Shown one piece after another: positions 17,267-28,529 of a stretch of DNA of 64,000 nucleotides (within the stretch, counting starts at the first letter, position 1; each line of letters starts with the position of its first letter). The translations under genes were made by a program, and so were the position numbers. The notes under the pieces were generated by a model. That model saw only the letters and a program-made list of their open reading frames with translations. It searched no databases and was not told the origin of the DNA. Source of the DNA: an uncultured virus (IMG/VR IMGVR_UViG_3300036546_000271) (Duplodnaviria; Heunggongvirae; Uroviricota; Caudoviricetes); IMG/VR virus record IMGVR_UViG_3300036546_000271; one strand, given 5' to 3'.

Positions 17267-19255
17267 ATGGGAGTTATGCAAGGAAAGAATGAAAAAAGAG
17301 GAAGGAGTGGTTTTATGCTAATAAATATTAAAAGCCTAAGGCTTAAGAATTTCAAAGGCATAAAGGATTTGACTATAGACTTTGGCAAAACAACAAATAT
17401 ATTTGGAGACAATGCAACAGGAAAGACAACCTTATTCGATGCATTTACTTGGCTACTCTTTGATAAAGATAGCACAGACAGGAAAGATTTTGGAATTAAG
17501 ACCTATGATAGCAACGGTGAAGTAATCCATGGACTGGACCATGAGGTCGAAGGAGTATTAAAAGTAAATGGAGCAGAACTGATCCTGAAGAAAACGTATA
17601 AAGAAAAATGGACTAAAAGACGTGGAGAGGCAGAAAGACAGCTCACCGGTCATACAACAGAATACTATATCAACGATGTACCGGTAAAGAAAAAAGACTA
17701 CACCGATAAGATTAACGAACTAGTAGATGAAAATATATTTAAACTCGTAACAAATCCACTATATTTCAATATGAATCTGAACTGGAAAGACAGAAGAAAT
17801 ATCCTTCTAGAGGTGGTAGGAGATATATCAGACCAAGATGTAATGTCAGCAAGCGATAAACTAAAAAGACTTGAAGATCTACTTGGAGATAAGAGCTTGG
17901 AAGACTTTAAAAAGATGATCTTATCAAAGAAGAAAAAACTCAATGAGGAGCTAAAGTCCATACCTTACAGAATTGATGAGTTAAATAACTCAATTGAAGA
18001 TATAAATCCGGACACTTTGGACTTTAGAAAAAGAGGTATAGTAGCTGCTATTAAGCAGATTGAAGAAAGTCTTATGGATAATTCAAAGATGCACGAAGGT
18101 CTTATGAGGGAAAGGGACAAGCTATTTGAGCTTAAATCTAAGCTTAGAGAAATAGAATATAACGCTAAACTGGACGCAGAAAAACCATTAAGACAACTTC
18201 AAAATAGCTTAAAACAGACAGAAAATGAAAAGTCTCAACTGGATATGGAGCTCAATATGATAAACAATTCACTAGAAACCAAAGAGGACTTGATAAAAAC
18301 CATAGAAAAAGAGCTCATAGAGCTAAGGGAAAAATGGGACCAAGTAAACCAAGAAGAGCTTCATATACCTGAAGATAGCTTTATATGTCCAACCTGTAAA
18401 AGACCTTTTGAAGAGCATGATATAGAGCATAAGAAAACTGAAATGATGACAAACTTCAACCAAAATAAGTTAAAGAGATTAAATGAAATAAGCTCTACTG
18501 GTAAACGTAAAAAGGAAATGCTTGAAAAGATTAAAACAGAAGCTGAAAACCTCATGGCAAAGAAAAAATCTGTTTTATCAAGACTAGAAGCTTTAAATAA
18601 GACCATAGAGCAAAGAAGAGCAGAAGTAGAAAACTACAAACCGGTTGTAAATCTAGAGACTAACAAAGAATATATTCATATTCAAAATCAAATCAAAGAA
18701 CTTGAGCCAAAACTTTCATCGCCAGTACAAGCTGAAAAAGAAATCGAGGAGCATAAAGCTAAGAAAAAAGAGCTGGAAAGGGAACTTGAGGAGATAAATA
18801 ATAAATTAGCTCACCACGAGCACAACCAAAAGGCTAAAGAGAGAATCAAAGAGCTTATGAATAGAGAAAAAGAATTAGCAAATATGATAGCAGAACTAGA
18901 GGGTCAAGAATATCTATGCGAGGAGTTCATAAGAACCAAGGTGGACCTTTTAGAAAGTAGGATAAATAGCAAGTTTAAAAATGTACGATTTAAGCTATTC
19001 AACACCCTCGTTAATGGAGCACTCGACGAGTGTTGCGAAACACTTATAGACGGAGTACCATTCCAGGATGCAAACAATGCAGCAAAGATAAATGCCGGAA
19101 TAGACATAATAAATACACTTTCAAAATACTACAACTTTAGTGCACCGGTATTCATAGACAATAGAGAGAGTGTCAATGAACTTATAGACTGTGATAGCCA
19201 AATAGTTAACTTGATAGTAAGCAAAGACAAAACATTAAAGGTAGAGGTGGCATAG
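17267..19255 (+). CDS. SMC/Rad50-like AAA ATPase of the phage recombination module (start probably ~17315)
   Basis: LKNFKGI, GDNATGKTT Walker A, long coiled coil with CPTC hook, PVFIDNRE. Confidence 0.85.
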   Translation: MGVMQGKNEKRGRSGFMLINIKSLRLKNFKGIKDLTIDFGKTTNIFGDNATGKTTLFDAFTWLLFDKDSTDRKDFGIKTYDSNGEVIHGLDHEVEGVLKVNGAELILKKTYKEKWTKRRGEAERQLTGHTTEYYINDVPVKKKDYTDKINELVDENIFKLVTNPLYFNMNLNWKDRRNILLEVVGDISDQDVMSASDKLKRLEDLLGDKSLEDFKKMILSKKKKLNEELKSIPYRIDELNNSIEDINPDTLDFRKRGIVAAIKQIEESLMDNSKMHEGLMRERDKLFELKSKLREIEYNAKLDAEKPLRQLQNSLKQTENEKSQLDMELNMINNSLETKEDLIKTIEKELIELREKWDQVNQEELHIPEDSFICPTCKRPFEEHDIEHKKTEMMTNFNQNKLKRLNEISSTGKRKKEMLEKIKTEAENLMAKKKSVLSRLEALNKTIEQRRAEVENYKPVVNLETNKEYIHIQNQIKELEPKLSSPVQAEKEIEEHKAKKKELERELEEINNKLAHHEHNQKAKERIKELMNREKELANMIAELEGQEYLCEEFIRTKVDLLESRINSKFKNVRFKLFNTLVNGALDECCETLIDGVPFQDANNAAKINAGIDIINTLSKYYNFSAPVFIDNRESVNELIDCDSQIVNLIVSKDKTLKVEVA

Positions 19256-19604
19256 ATGATAAGTATCAAAATAACTATAGAAAGTTTTTCTAAAGAAACT
19301 GGCAGGCAACAAATGACACTAGGAGTTGAAGAACTCATACAACTAAACAAAATTCTAAATAAATTAAACGGAGAGTTTAACTTTAATAAATTTATTAAGA
19401 AAAATCAAGCAAACTTAAAAGATGTGGAGCAAGGACTGTTAATAAATGAACTCTGCAAAAGACCAGGAGTTCAATCCTTGATAGTTAAAAAAGGATGTGA
19501 ATATGGAATAATGCATGAAGATGAAAGAAAGACAAAAGAAAAAGTGGGCATTGGCCCTGCAAATATAATAATAATTTCTAATGATTTAGAAGGAGGAGAT
19601 ATAA

Positions 19605-20354
19605 ATGGCAAACGAGTTAATGTCAAAGGAAGTAAGCTTTAAGGTAAATGGAGAAGAGGTAAAACTTACAGGCAACACTGTAAAAAACTATTTAACAAGA
19701 GGAAATGATTCTGTAACAGACCAAGAAGTTGTAATGTTCATAAACCTTTGTAGATACCAAAAGCTAAATCCATTTTTAAACGAAGCTTACTTGGTAAAAT
19801 TCAAAGGAGCTCCGGCTCAAATTATAACTAGCAAAGAAGCTTATATGAAAAAAGCTGAAATGAACCCACAGTATGATGGGATGAGAGCAGGACTAATAGT
19901 TCAAAGAGAAAACAATATCATCGAAGTAGAAGGAAGCTTCACTTTAAAAGGAGACACCCTTTTAGGAGCATGGGCTGAGGTGTACAGGAAAGATAGAAAG
20001 TACCCATATGTAGCAAAGGTAAGTTTTGATGAATACAACAAAGGACAAAGTACCTGGAAGCAGATGCCTAAGACAATGATAAGAAAAGTCGCAATAGTAC
20101 AAGCCTTAAGAGAAGCCTTCCCTGTAGATCTTGGAGCTCTATATGTAGAAGAAGAGGCTCAAGCAGTAAGCGATGTTGAACATGAGGTAAAAGAAGAGAT
20201 TCAAAATAAGGCAAATTCAAAAACGATTAACTTCCCAAAGGACAATGTTAAGGATGTTGATTATAGAGAGGTCAATGACACTAAACCTGAAACAACTACA
20301 ACCAAAGATAAGAGAGCTGCAGAACAAATGAGCATTGAAGGACCAGGATTCTAA
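19605..20354 (+). CDS. RecT/Bet-family single-strand annealing protein
   Basis: LNPFLNEAYLVKF and W..MP.TMIRKVA..QALREAFP motifs. Confidence 0.9.
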   Translation: MANELMSKEVSFKVNGEEVKLTGNTVKNYLTRGNDSVTDQEVVMFINLCRYQKLNPFLNEAYLVKFKGAPAQIITSKEAYMKKAEMNPQYDGMRAGLIVQRENNIIEVEGSFTLKGDTLLGAWAEVYRKDRKYPYVAKVSFDEYNKGQSTWKQMPKTMIRKVAIVQALREAFPVDLGALYVEEEAQAVSDVEHEVKEEIQNKANSKTINFPKDNVKDVDYREVNDTKPETTTTKDKRAAEQMSIEGPGF

Positions 20355-21091
20355 TGAGGCTCAAGGTATTAGGTAGCAGCTCTTCGGGAAACTGCTACCT
20401 TCTTCAGAGCGAAACTGAAACACTGATACTAGAATGTGGCATAAAGTGGGATGAAGTTAAAAAGGCTTTAGATTTTAATATGGCCAGTGTAAGTTGCTGC
20501 CTTATAACCCATGAACATAAGGACCACTGTAAATATGCTAAAGATGTAATTAACTCAGGGATAGATATTTACCTCACTAAAGGAACCTTGGAAGCTTTAT
20601 CAATTACTAGCCATAGAGCAAAGATTATAAAGCCACTAGAGGCCTTTAAAATAGGTGAGTTTAATATACTACCCTTTGACACTAAACATGACAGCAATGA
20701 ACCAGTAGGCTTTCTAGTGCAGCACCATGAAATGGGAACTATGCTCTTTGCAACTGATACATATTACATCGAGTATAAGTTCCAAGACTTAAACCACATT
20801 CTAGTAGAATGCAACTACTCATTAGATATACTCAATCGAAATATAGAAAGTGGAAAAGTTCATCCCACTTTTAAAAATAGAGTGCTGCAGTCACACTTTG
20901 AACTTGAAAATGTAAAAAATTTTTTCAAAGCAAATGACCTGCATGATGTCAGAACTATAATGCTACTCCATCTATCCGATGGAAATAGCAATTCAGTAAG
21001 GTTTAAATCTGAAATAGAGAAGGTAACTGCCAAACAAGTTTATATTGCTGATAAAGGATTAGAAGTAGATTTAAGCTTATATCCTTTTTAA
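20354..21091 (+). CDS. MBL-fold metallo-hydrolase (probable exonuclease partner of Bet)
   Basis: GSSSSGNCY, THEHKDH, ATDT, ECNY, LLHLS. Confidence 0.88.
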   Translation: MRLKVLGSSSSGNCYLLQSETETLILECGIKWDEVKKALDFNMASVSCCLITHEHKDHCKYAKDVINSGIDIYLTKGTLEALSITSHRAKIIKPLEAFKIGEFNILPFDTKHDSNEPVGFLVQHHEMGTMLFATDTYYIEYKFQDLNHILVECNYSLDILNRNIESGKVHPTFKNRVLQSHFELENVKNFFKANDLHDVRTIMLLHLSDGNSNSVRFKSEIEKVTAKQVYIADKGLEVDLSLYPF

Positions 21092-21195
21092 GGACAAGCT
21101 CTTATTTGGCAGTATACCCCTATTGTAATTATTTCCATTAAGTATAAGAATTATACCTAATTTATAATATTTGTCCCCCTTTTGATTAACATAGA

Positions 21196-22164
21196 TTGGT
21201 GCCTGGGGAAACCCAGGTGCCACCCAACAAAGAAGGTGATAGCTTGAATTATTTAAAAGAGATTAACGCTTTCTATGATTGGCTCGAACTAAATTCATTG
21301 TCTACATCCAGTATTGTCTTATGGCACGCATTGATGCACATAAACAATAAGGCTGGATGGGCTAAAGAATTTACGGTAGCCACATCAGTGTTAAGCGTTA
21401 AGACTGGACTATCGGATAGAACAATACGAAATGCACGAAATGAATTAAAGCAAAAAGGAAGAATAGATTGGAAATCTAGAAGTGGAAACAAGTCAGCTAT
21501 ATATACAATCATTCCTTTGTCGGAAATAGTTTCCGGCAAATCTTCCGACAAAGGGTCAAAAAATCCCTTGCCGGAAATAAATGCCGGCAATCTTTCCGGC
21601 AATACTTCCGGGAGTGTTTCCGGCAATACTTCCGGGAGTGTTTCCGGCAATGTTTCCACATTAAATAAACTAAACAAAACTAAACTAACCAAAAACATAG
21701 CAGCAGAAGCTAATAGTGAATCCGATGTCCAAAATTTTACTGGTGAGGATGTGCCGACTACCCCTCCAGTAGAATTTCAAGATGATCTTAGCTTATTCGC
21801 TAATCAATTATGTGATATATACTCAACCATAACCTGTAGACAGATAACACCAGGTGAGGATATGAATATTTTTCAATTTGCACAGTCCCTTCGGGAATGT
21901 GATAGAGATATAGAGCTTATAAAAAAGACCATGGAAAGAGCAAATCAGAAATGGAAGCCTAAATACCATGGGGACCAAATCAGGAGCTTTAAATATTTTA
22001 TACCAGCCATAAAAGAAGCTCTTGCAGCAAAGGAGGCAAAACTAAATGCAGGCAATAAGGAGCATATTAACCAACCAATTCAGCAAGGAGAGCAAAACTC
22101 AAACGGAGGATACCAACCGAACAGTGGATTCAGAAGGTTTAAGGTTTATGATAACCAGTCTTGA
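21196..22164 (+). CDS. Phage replication initiator (true start probably TTG at 21244)
   Basis: NYLKEINAFYDW winged-helix N-terminus, internal iterons, followed by a DnaC-like loader. Confidence 0.8.
   Translation: MVPGETQVPPNKEGDSLNYLKEINAFYDWLELNSLSTSSIVLWHALMHINNKAGWAKEFTVATSVLSVKTGLSDRTIRNARNELKQKGRIDWKSRSGNKSAIYTIIPLSEIVSGKSSDKGSKNPLPEINAGNLSGNTSGSVSGNTSGSVSGNVSTLNKLNKTKLTKNIAAEANSESDVQNFTGEDVPTTPPVEFQDDLSLFANQLCDIYSTITCRQITPGEDMNIFQFAQSLRECDRDIELIKKTMERANQKWKPKYHGDQIRSFKYFIPAIKEALAAKEAKLNAGNKEHINQPIQQGEQNSNGGYQPNSGFRRFKVYDNQS
21516..21660 (+). repeat. Replication origin iterons inside the initiator gene (TTCCGG units, 12-bp period; 24-bp tandem duplication)
   Basis: TTTCCGGCAATACTTCCGGGAGTG twice plus direct and inverted TTCCGG copies, then an A-rich tract. 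Confidence 0.8.
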
Positions 22165-23005
22165 AGCCAAAGAGAAGGGTTACCCTACAGCTGAATCAAT
22201 ACCAAAACCTTTAAAATGCAAGTTTTGCAATAAACCACTTTACCATAGAGGGCTTATTAGTCCTAAAAACAAGATGGTGTGGAAGTGGATTCCACCAGAA
22301 AGGTGCAGTTGTGACAAGGCTCAAGAGTACTGGAGAAGATATGACCAGGAGCAAGAAAGGATCATGATTGAAACGGTCAAAGAAGAAGAACGAGAAAAGT
22401 TCAAAAAAAGAATTCAAAGGCTACTTGGTGAATCTGGCATTAAAAAAAGATTTTTAAACAGGACCTTTGAGAACTTCAAAGTTGACAAAGTAAACTCTAA
22501 TGCTTACAAGGTGGCAAAAACCTATGCTGAAGACTTTGAAAACTACAAGAAAAATGGAGAAGGTCTGTACTTTGTAGGAAGTTTTGGTACAGGCAAAACC
22601 CATCTTGCAGTGGCCATATCTATACACCTGATAAATAAAGGTGTACCAGTAATTTGCAAGACTTTAATAGACCTACTAGCCGATATAAAAAAGACCTTTG
22701 ACAGTAACCATATAAACGAGCATGAGATTTTGAATATATACAAGACAGTTGACCTTTTGGTAATAGATGACCTTGGAAAGGAGCTACCGACAGACTGGGC
22801 TATGGCAGCTCTATATTCGATTCTTAATGACAGATACGAAAACTGTCTACCGACCATAATCACAACTAACTATAACGATAAAGAGCTTATCGAAAGACTT
22901 AGCAGGAAAAGTGATACAAAAACTGCAGGAGCTATTGTCGACAGGCTCCATGAAGTATGCTTTCCGGTAGAAATGAACTGGCAAAGCAAAAGAACAGCTT
23001 ATTAA
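22046..23005 (+). CDS. DnaC/IstB-like helicase loader ATPase
   Basis: GSFGTGKTHLA, LLVIDDLGKE, PTIITTN; N-terminal Cys motifs. Confidence 0.9.
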   Translation: MQAIRSILTNQFSKESKTQTEDTNRTVDSEGLRFMITSLEAKEKGYPTAESIPKPLKCKFCNKPLYHRGLISPKNKMVWKWIPPERCSCDKAQEYWRRYDQEQERIMIETVKEEEREKFKKRIQRLLGESGIKKRFLNRTFENFKVDKVNSNAYKVAKTYAEDFENYKKNGEGLYFVGSFGTGKTHLAVAISIHLINKGVPVICKTLIDLLADIKKTFDSNHINEHEILNIYKTVDLLVIDDLGKELPTDWAMAALYSILNDRYENCLPTIITTNYNDKELIERLSRKSDTKTAGAIVDRLHEVCFPVEMNWQSKRTAY

Positions 23006-23275
23006 AAAACGGGGAGGTTGAATCATGGGAAAAAAGAGAAAATGCAGAATGACTGAAGAAGAAAGAGCTATTCATGATAAGGCTGTAAAAATAAGAAAAA
23101 TGACCGATAAGCAGCTTATTGACTATATTGATGATATTTATAAAACAGGCTATAGAGCAGGTGCGAAAAAAAACAGGATATCTCAGAATAAAATCATAGA
23201 GGAAATTGAAAAAATCAAAGGCATAGGACCAGTAACCCTTTCAAAGATAAAGCAAGTGCTGGAGGAAGTGAGGTA

Positions 23276-23788
23276 ATGGCATGGGCCAGCATTTATAGCA
23301 ACCGAGGTAAGCTCTTAGAGCAGATAATTGAAGTCACAAATAGGCAATATAAAAACCAGGGCATTGCCGAGGTTCAGAAAATAGCAACTCCTGTAAAAGT
23401 GCTGCATACCGATAGAAACGGGAAAATCCATGGCTTCTGGGAAAAGAAAAGCACCGTTGATTTTATAGGTGTTTGTAGTGGCATACCTATAGCTTTTGAT
23501 GCAAAAGAAACAACAGGGAAAAGCCTGAGGTTTGACAATATCCATAAGCACCAAATAGAGTTCATGACAAGATGGCAAAGAAATGGTGGACAGGCATTCC
23601 TGGTTGTATATTTCTCGGAGCTCAATAGATACTTCAGATTAAGTATTTTAGAGCTTTTGCAGTACTTGGAAAATCCATTTAAAACAAATAAAAAAAGCAT
23701 ACCAATTCGGTACTTTGAAGAGTACGCTGCAGAGATTAAAGAAGGAGAATGTTTTGTTTTAGATTATTTGAAAGGGTTAAGGAAGTGA
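23276..23788 (+). CDS. recU: RecU-family Holliday junction resolvase
   Basis: NRGK.LE, QKIATP, KSTVDFIG, FDAKET, HQIEF. Confidence 0.88.
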   Translation: MAWASIYSNRGKLLEQIIEVTNRQYKNQGIAEVQKIATPVKVLHTDRNGKIHGFWEKKSTVDFIGVCSGIPIAFDAKETTGKSLRFDNIHKHQIEFMTRWQRNGGQAFLVVYFSELNRYFRLSILELLQYLENPFKTNKKSIPIRYFEEYAAEIKEGECFVLDYLKGLRK

Positions 23789-23792
23789 TTCT

Positions 23793-24077
23793 ATGAACGA
23801 AAATCAGATATTATCACTGGCTATAAGACTATTTGGCCAACAAAAACAAAGAATCGTGGCCATAGAAGAAATGAGTGAACTTCAGAAAGCTTTGTGTAAA
23901 TTTGAAAGAAAACAAACTAATGAAAATATAAACTCTATAGCCGAGGAAATTGCAGACGTTGAGATAATGATTAAACAGCTTAAAATCATGTTTGGCATAG
24001 ATGATCAGGTGGAAGAAATCAAGGATTATAAAATTAAAAGACTCGAAAATAGAGTAAAGGGGGCTATCAAACTATGA
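23793..24077 (+). CDS. MazG-like nucleotide pyrophosphohydrolase
   Basis: EEMSELQKALCK...EEIADVEIM. Confidence 0.75.
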   Translation: MNENQILSLAIRLFGQQKQRIVAIEEMSELQKALCKFERKQTNENINSIAEEIADVEIMIKQLKIMFGIDDQVEEIKDYKIKRLENRVKGAIKL

Positions 24078-24721
24078 AAAAGCTTATCGTGATGGATAAA
24101 AATACTGGCGATACACTTGAAGATATTGAATTTTCAGGTGGGTATAATATTTTCTACACCAATACAACCGATGCTGGCAATATCAGAAAGATAAGAAAAC
24201 TAGACAATGGAAGGTTTGGAGACAGGCACTGGATAAAGAATTTATATTATAGACCTATAGCTGAAAAGTTAGTAGAGAAGTTTGAAGAACTAAAACATGT
24301 ACCAGTCAAGAAAATACTATTTATCGAAGATATGGAGTGGGAGAAACCCGATTCATTAAAACCTAAAAAACACTGGATGGCTAGGATAAAAAAAGCCACT
24401 AAAGAGCTTAATGCTATGACCGGATATGAATACATACTTGAAACCAGGAATTATTTTTTAGAGCAAATGAGTAGAGAGCAAGTTGTGGCACTTATATATC
24501 ATGAATTAAGACATATAGACCATTGGGGAGATTTAGTTCCTCACAATATAGAAGATTGGAGTAATATGGTGGCCACTCTTGGAACTGATTGGGCGACTAC
24601 TAAAGCACCAATTAAAGATATACTTGATGACGATTTTATTGCATGGAGAGAGCTCGATAAAGCGTCGAAACAACTCACGATTTATGATATGTCATCATCA
24701 GGATTAAAGGTTGTGAAATAG
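24074..24721 (+). CDS. Putative phage metallopeptidase
   Basis: LIYHELRHI HExxH motif followed by HNIED. Confidence 0.65.
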   Translation: MKKLIVMDKNTGDTLEDIEFSGGYNIFYTNTTDAGNIRKIRKLDNGRFGDRHWIKNLYYRPIAEKLVEKFEELKHVPVKKILFIEDMEWEKPDSLKPKKHWMARIKKATKELNAMTGYEYILETRNYFLEQMSREQVVALIYHELRHIDHWGDLVPHNIEDWSNMVATLGTDWATTKAPIKDILDDDFIAWRELDKASKQLTIYDMSSSGLKVVK

Positions 24722-24756
24722 ATTTTAATCTAAATAAAAGCAAAGGAGGATCATTA

Positions 24757-24987
24757 ATGAAAAACACACTTGGGGATTTAAACAATCATTTATTCGCTCA
24801 ACTAGAGAGACTGAGCGATGAAGACATAAAAGGCGACGACTTGAAGGAAGAAATTGAAAGAGCAAAAGCAGTTACACAAATCGCTACAAAGATAATAGAA
24901 AACGGAAGTTTAGTATTGCAGGCAAAGAGATTGCATGACAACCGAATGGATGCTGATCTAAAACTACCTAAGATGTTGGAGGGTTAA
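24757..24987 (+). CDS. Conserved phage protein preceding HNH endonuclease
   Basis: DLNNHLFAQLERL...EEIERAKA; strong RBS. Confidence 0.65.
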   Translation: MKNTLGDLNNHLFAQLERLSDEDIKGDDLKEEIERAKAVTQIATKIIENGSLVLQAKRLHDNRMDADLKLPKMLEG

Positions 24988-24989
24988 AA

Positions 24990-25586
24990 ATGCATTTTTA
25001 CAGCAATGAAGAAATAGAGTTCTTGAAAAAAATTTCTCCTGGAAAAACAAACAAAGAGATAACAAAATTATTCAATAAAAAATTCAATCTCAATCTAAGC
25101 GAAAAAGCTATCTCGGCAACAAGGAAAAGATATGGAATTAAAACTGGATCGGATGGAAAATTTAGAAGAGGCCATAAACCATGGAATAAAGGGTTAAAAG
25201 GAGTAGTTACAGGTGGAGTTCAAACACAGTTTAAAAAAGGTGACAAACCTCCTAATTGGGTACCAATAGGAACTGAAAGAGTAAGTAAAGACGGATATAT
25301 AGAAATAAAAGTTGCAGATGGTAGAAAGCAAAAGAATTGGAAGCCTAAGCACCATATTATATATGAAAAGTATAATGGCCCTATCCCAAAAGGACACGCA
25401 GTTATTTTTGGGGACGGAGATAAGAGAAATTTTGATATCAATAACTTAATCCTAGTATTAAGAAGACAGTTGTTGACGATGAACAGAAATAATTTAATAA
25501 AAAATGATGCAGATCTGACTAGAACAGGTGTTGTTATTGCTAACCTATACCAGAAAATAAGCGAAAGAAAGAATAATAAAAAATAA
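24990..25586 (+). CDS. HNH endonuclease (HNH_3-like)
   Basis: PWNKG, FKKG..P.N, PIGTER, H..IYE...GPIP.GH...F.DGDK.N....NL. Confidence 0.8.
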   Translation: MHFYSNEEIEFLKKISPGKTNKEITKLFNKKFNLNLSEKAISATRKRYGIKTGSDGKFRRGHKPWNKGLKGVVTGGVQTQFKKGDKPPNWVPIGTERVSKDGYIEIKVADGRKQKNWKPKHHIIYEKYNGPIPKGHAVIFGDGDKRNFDINNLILVLRRQLLTMNRNNLIKNDADLTRTGVVIANLYQKISERKNNKK

Positions 25587-25689
25587 GGAGGATTTGATAT
25601 GAAAATAAAGACAGTGGTAGAGAGAGCTGCCGAGTTTCTTAAAGAGAACCCAAGTCTTAAATACTACCAAGCAATCGAAAAGGCTAGGA

Positions 25690-26100
25690 GTGAGAAAAAT
25701 GAGATGGACAGAGGAGCAGTTTCAAGACTATCTTGCCAAGAAGACGGGAAATAAAAAGCCTAAAAAAAGAAGCAAGTACAATAACGAAAAGACAGTAGTT
25801 GATGGAATAAAGTTTGATAGCAAAAAAGAGGCTGAATATTACATTCAACTAAAGCTACTTAAAAAAGCAGGGGAGATAAGAGATATAGGTTTGCAGCCAA
25901 AGTTTGAGCTGCAACCTGGATTTGAAAAGAATGGCGTGAAATATCAACCAATAACATACATAGCAGATTTTGTAATAACCAATAATGACGGAACCACAGA
26001 AATAGTTGATGTGAAAGGAGTCGAAACACAAGTTTTTAAAATTAAGAAAAAACTTTTTGAATACATGTATCCAGATTTAAGTTTGAAGGTTGTTAAATAG
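25690..26100 (+). CDS. DUF1064-family nuclease-like protein
   Basis: SKYNN.K...DGIKFDSKKEA, Y.ADF, VDVKG. Confidence 0.85.
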   Translation: MRKMRWTEEQFQDYLAKKTGNKKPKKRSKYNNEKTVVDGIKFDSKKEAEYYIQLKLLKKAGEIRDIGLQPKFELQPGFEKNGVKYQPITYIADFVITNNDGTTEIVDVKGVETQVFKIKKKLFEYMYPDLSLKVVK

Positions 26101-26565
26101 GGAGGGGGGCAGATGGACAAGTATTGGAAAAATGCATCTGGATGTTACGATCCAACACTGGCTTCGGTAATAGAAAAAGAAAACTCTGCTGAAAAAGCTA
26201 ACAATAAAGCTAGAAACAAACAGGTGCACGATACAATCCAGGAGATAAAAAACATATTAAAAGAAAGAGATTTAGAACTAATAGAACGGATAAAGTTGAA
26301 AGATAAAAGGACTAATAAAAAATACAAGTAGGAGGCTAACTATGGATTTATTTAAAAAACTTCAACTCGAAATGGCCATAAAAGAACAAAGAAATATGTT
26401 GCCAGAGTTTTTGCAGCTATGCCAGGTAACAGCAGCTCAGATGAAAATGTACTATGATTCATTGAGAAACGTAGGATTTACAGAGGAGCAGGCGATGGAT
26501 TTGTTATCGTTTCATGGAATAGATGTTGGAAGAATATCTTATATGGACAAGGGAGGCCAGACAGA

Positions 26566-27024
26566 ATGATTGAGATTAGAGAAATTACATCGGAAGAGGC
26601 AAAAGCAATTATTGATAAATACGAACCAAGAGGCTTGTTTCATATAAAAGAAAAAGAGGTGCATGTTGGAATAGATAACACAACTGGAGATGCATGGGTT
26701 GAAGAATTCAGCACTAAAGAAGAATGCATATCATGGCTAAATCAAGAGAGGCCATTGAATAAAAGAGAGGTTTATAAAAAGGCCCTGGAGACCTGGGGCC
26801 AAGAGGCACAAATAACAATGGTATTCGAAGAAATGTCCGAGCTGCAAAAAGAATTATGCAAGGCACTTAGAGGAAATAAAGTCACTGGAAACATAGCAGA
26901 AGAGATAGCAGATGTAGAGATAATGCTGGAGCAGATGAAACTGCTATTCGGAATAGAAAGCCTAGTAAGAGCTAATAAGATATATAAGCTAGAGAGGCTG
27001 GATGAAAGACTAGAGGAGCAGTGA
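26566..27024 (+). CDS. Two-domain protein with C-terminal MazG-like domain
   Basis: EEMSELQKELCK...EEIADVEIM, paralogous to 23793-24077. Confidence 0.7.
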   Translation: MIEIREITSEEAKAIIDKYEPRGLFHIKEKEVHVGIDNTTGDAWVEEFSTKEECISWLNQERPLNKREVYKKALETWGQEAQITMVFEEMSELQKELCKALRGNKVTGNIAEEIADVEIMLEQMKLLFGIESLVRANKIYKLERLDERLEEQ

Positions 27025-28529
27025 AATGGAATTTAGTATTGCAGCATTACTACAATTAGCATTGATAATGTTTGTATTAATGATAACAGTAGGATCAGCA
27101 GCGATTATTTTATTTAGGATCTTATGGTGGATAATCTGGAGGGAGTGATGATGCAGTGGTTTACTTTGTAGCAGGATTGTTCTTAGGTTCGATTATTAGT
27201 TGGGTAAGCATGGCATTCATACTTAACTATATGATGGATAAATACGGAGGACGGTAAGACGAAAGAAGGGAGATAAATGCATTGTTATAGGTGTCACGGA
27301 AACATGATAGAAGTAACAATAGTCAATAAAAGAGGCCAGGAATATAGAGCGATAGTGTGTGTTGAGTGTGGGAGGCTTTATAGCAAAGATAGAATATTTA
27401 AAAATGGGAGATGGTGATGTTGAATAGGCAACAGAGAAGGAGAGTCCAAAAACTAACCGTTGAAGAGATAGAAGAAATCAAAAAGAAAGCAGCACTAGAC
27501 GCTATAAAATTTACAGTAGATGAATTTGAAAAGGTAATGAGAAGGGACTTCGGGTTTGGAGATAAGAGAATGGGAAGAGTGGCAAAGGGATTGTATGAAG
27601 GACTTGGACTTACTCCAGAGGATGTAGAAAAGCTATGAAAAAACTAATGGCAAAAAGAAAACTCAAAAGGAAATGCATTATCTGCAACAAAGATTTTCAA
27701 AAAGGAGATATCTATTACAGACACAGAGAAGTTGTCGAAGAAGATGGATCCATTTATGCTGGGGAGTACATCATATGCCCTAAGTGCAACTGGAAAGAGA
27801 AAAGGCAAATAGAAAGATATAAAGCATTTAAAGTAAAATGTGAACATCCAGACTGGGCAATAGAAACACACTATGATTACATACCTGGAGAATGTGTTAT
27901 GGAACCTAAATATGATTACTGCAGGCTGTGTGGAAAAAATGTATAGAGAATAAGGTGGTGTGATTATGTATGTATGTCCATATGCAACAGTAAACAAAAT
28001 AGGGCTTGCTTGTAAATATAAAGACGAGGCAATGGATGCAAATAGAGACTTAGGACTTATGGATGATCTAAGAGGAAAGAAATCTTATATAAAACCAATC
28101 GAACCAGCATGCCCGATCGATGTAAGGCGAGATGAAAGAGGAAACATAATATGCTGGCAAACCTTTGGTAAGGAGGATTGAAATGGGAACATTTATTCTA
28201 GGCTTGTTTATAGGAGGAACAATCGGAACGATTATGGTGGCCCTGCTTGCTGCAGCTAAGGATGAAGACAATCAAAGGGAGAATAGGAGGTAAAAACTAT
28301 GGCAATGAGTGAATATAAAGAAATTCATATGAAAAACAGCTATTAACAGAGGAGTTAATAAGAAGGATAGAGCGTGATGTTGAGATATATGTACTAAGCG
28401 AAACAGGGAATTTCATTAAGGTAAAACTAGGCCATAGCCAAATAGATCCTGGAGGAGTTCAATTAGAAGATATAAGTTTTATTGAGAGGTGACAGTAAAG
28501 GTGTTTAAAAAATTAGAAGTAATAGTTGC

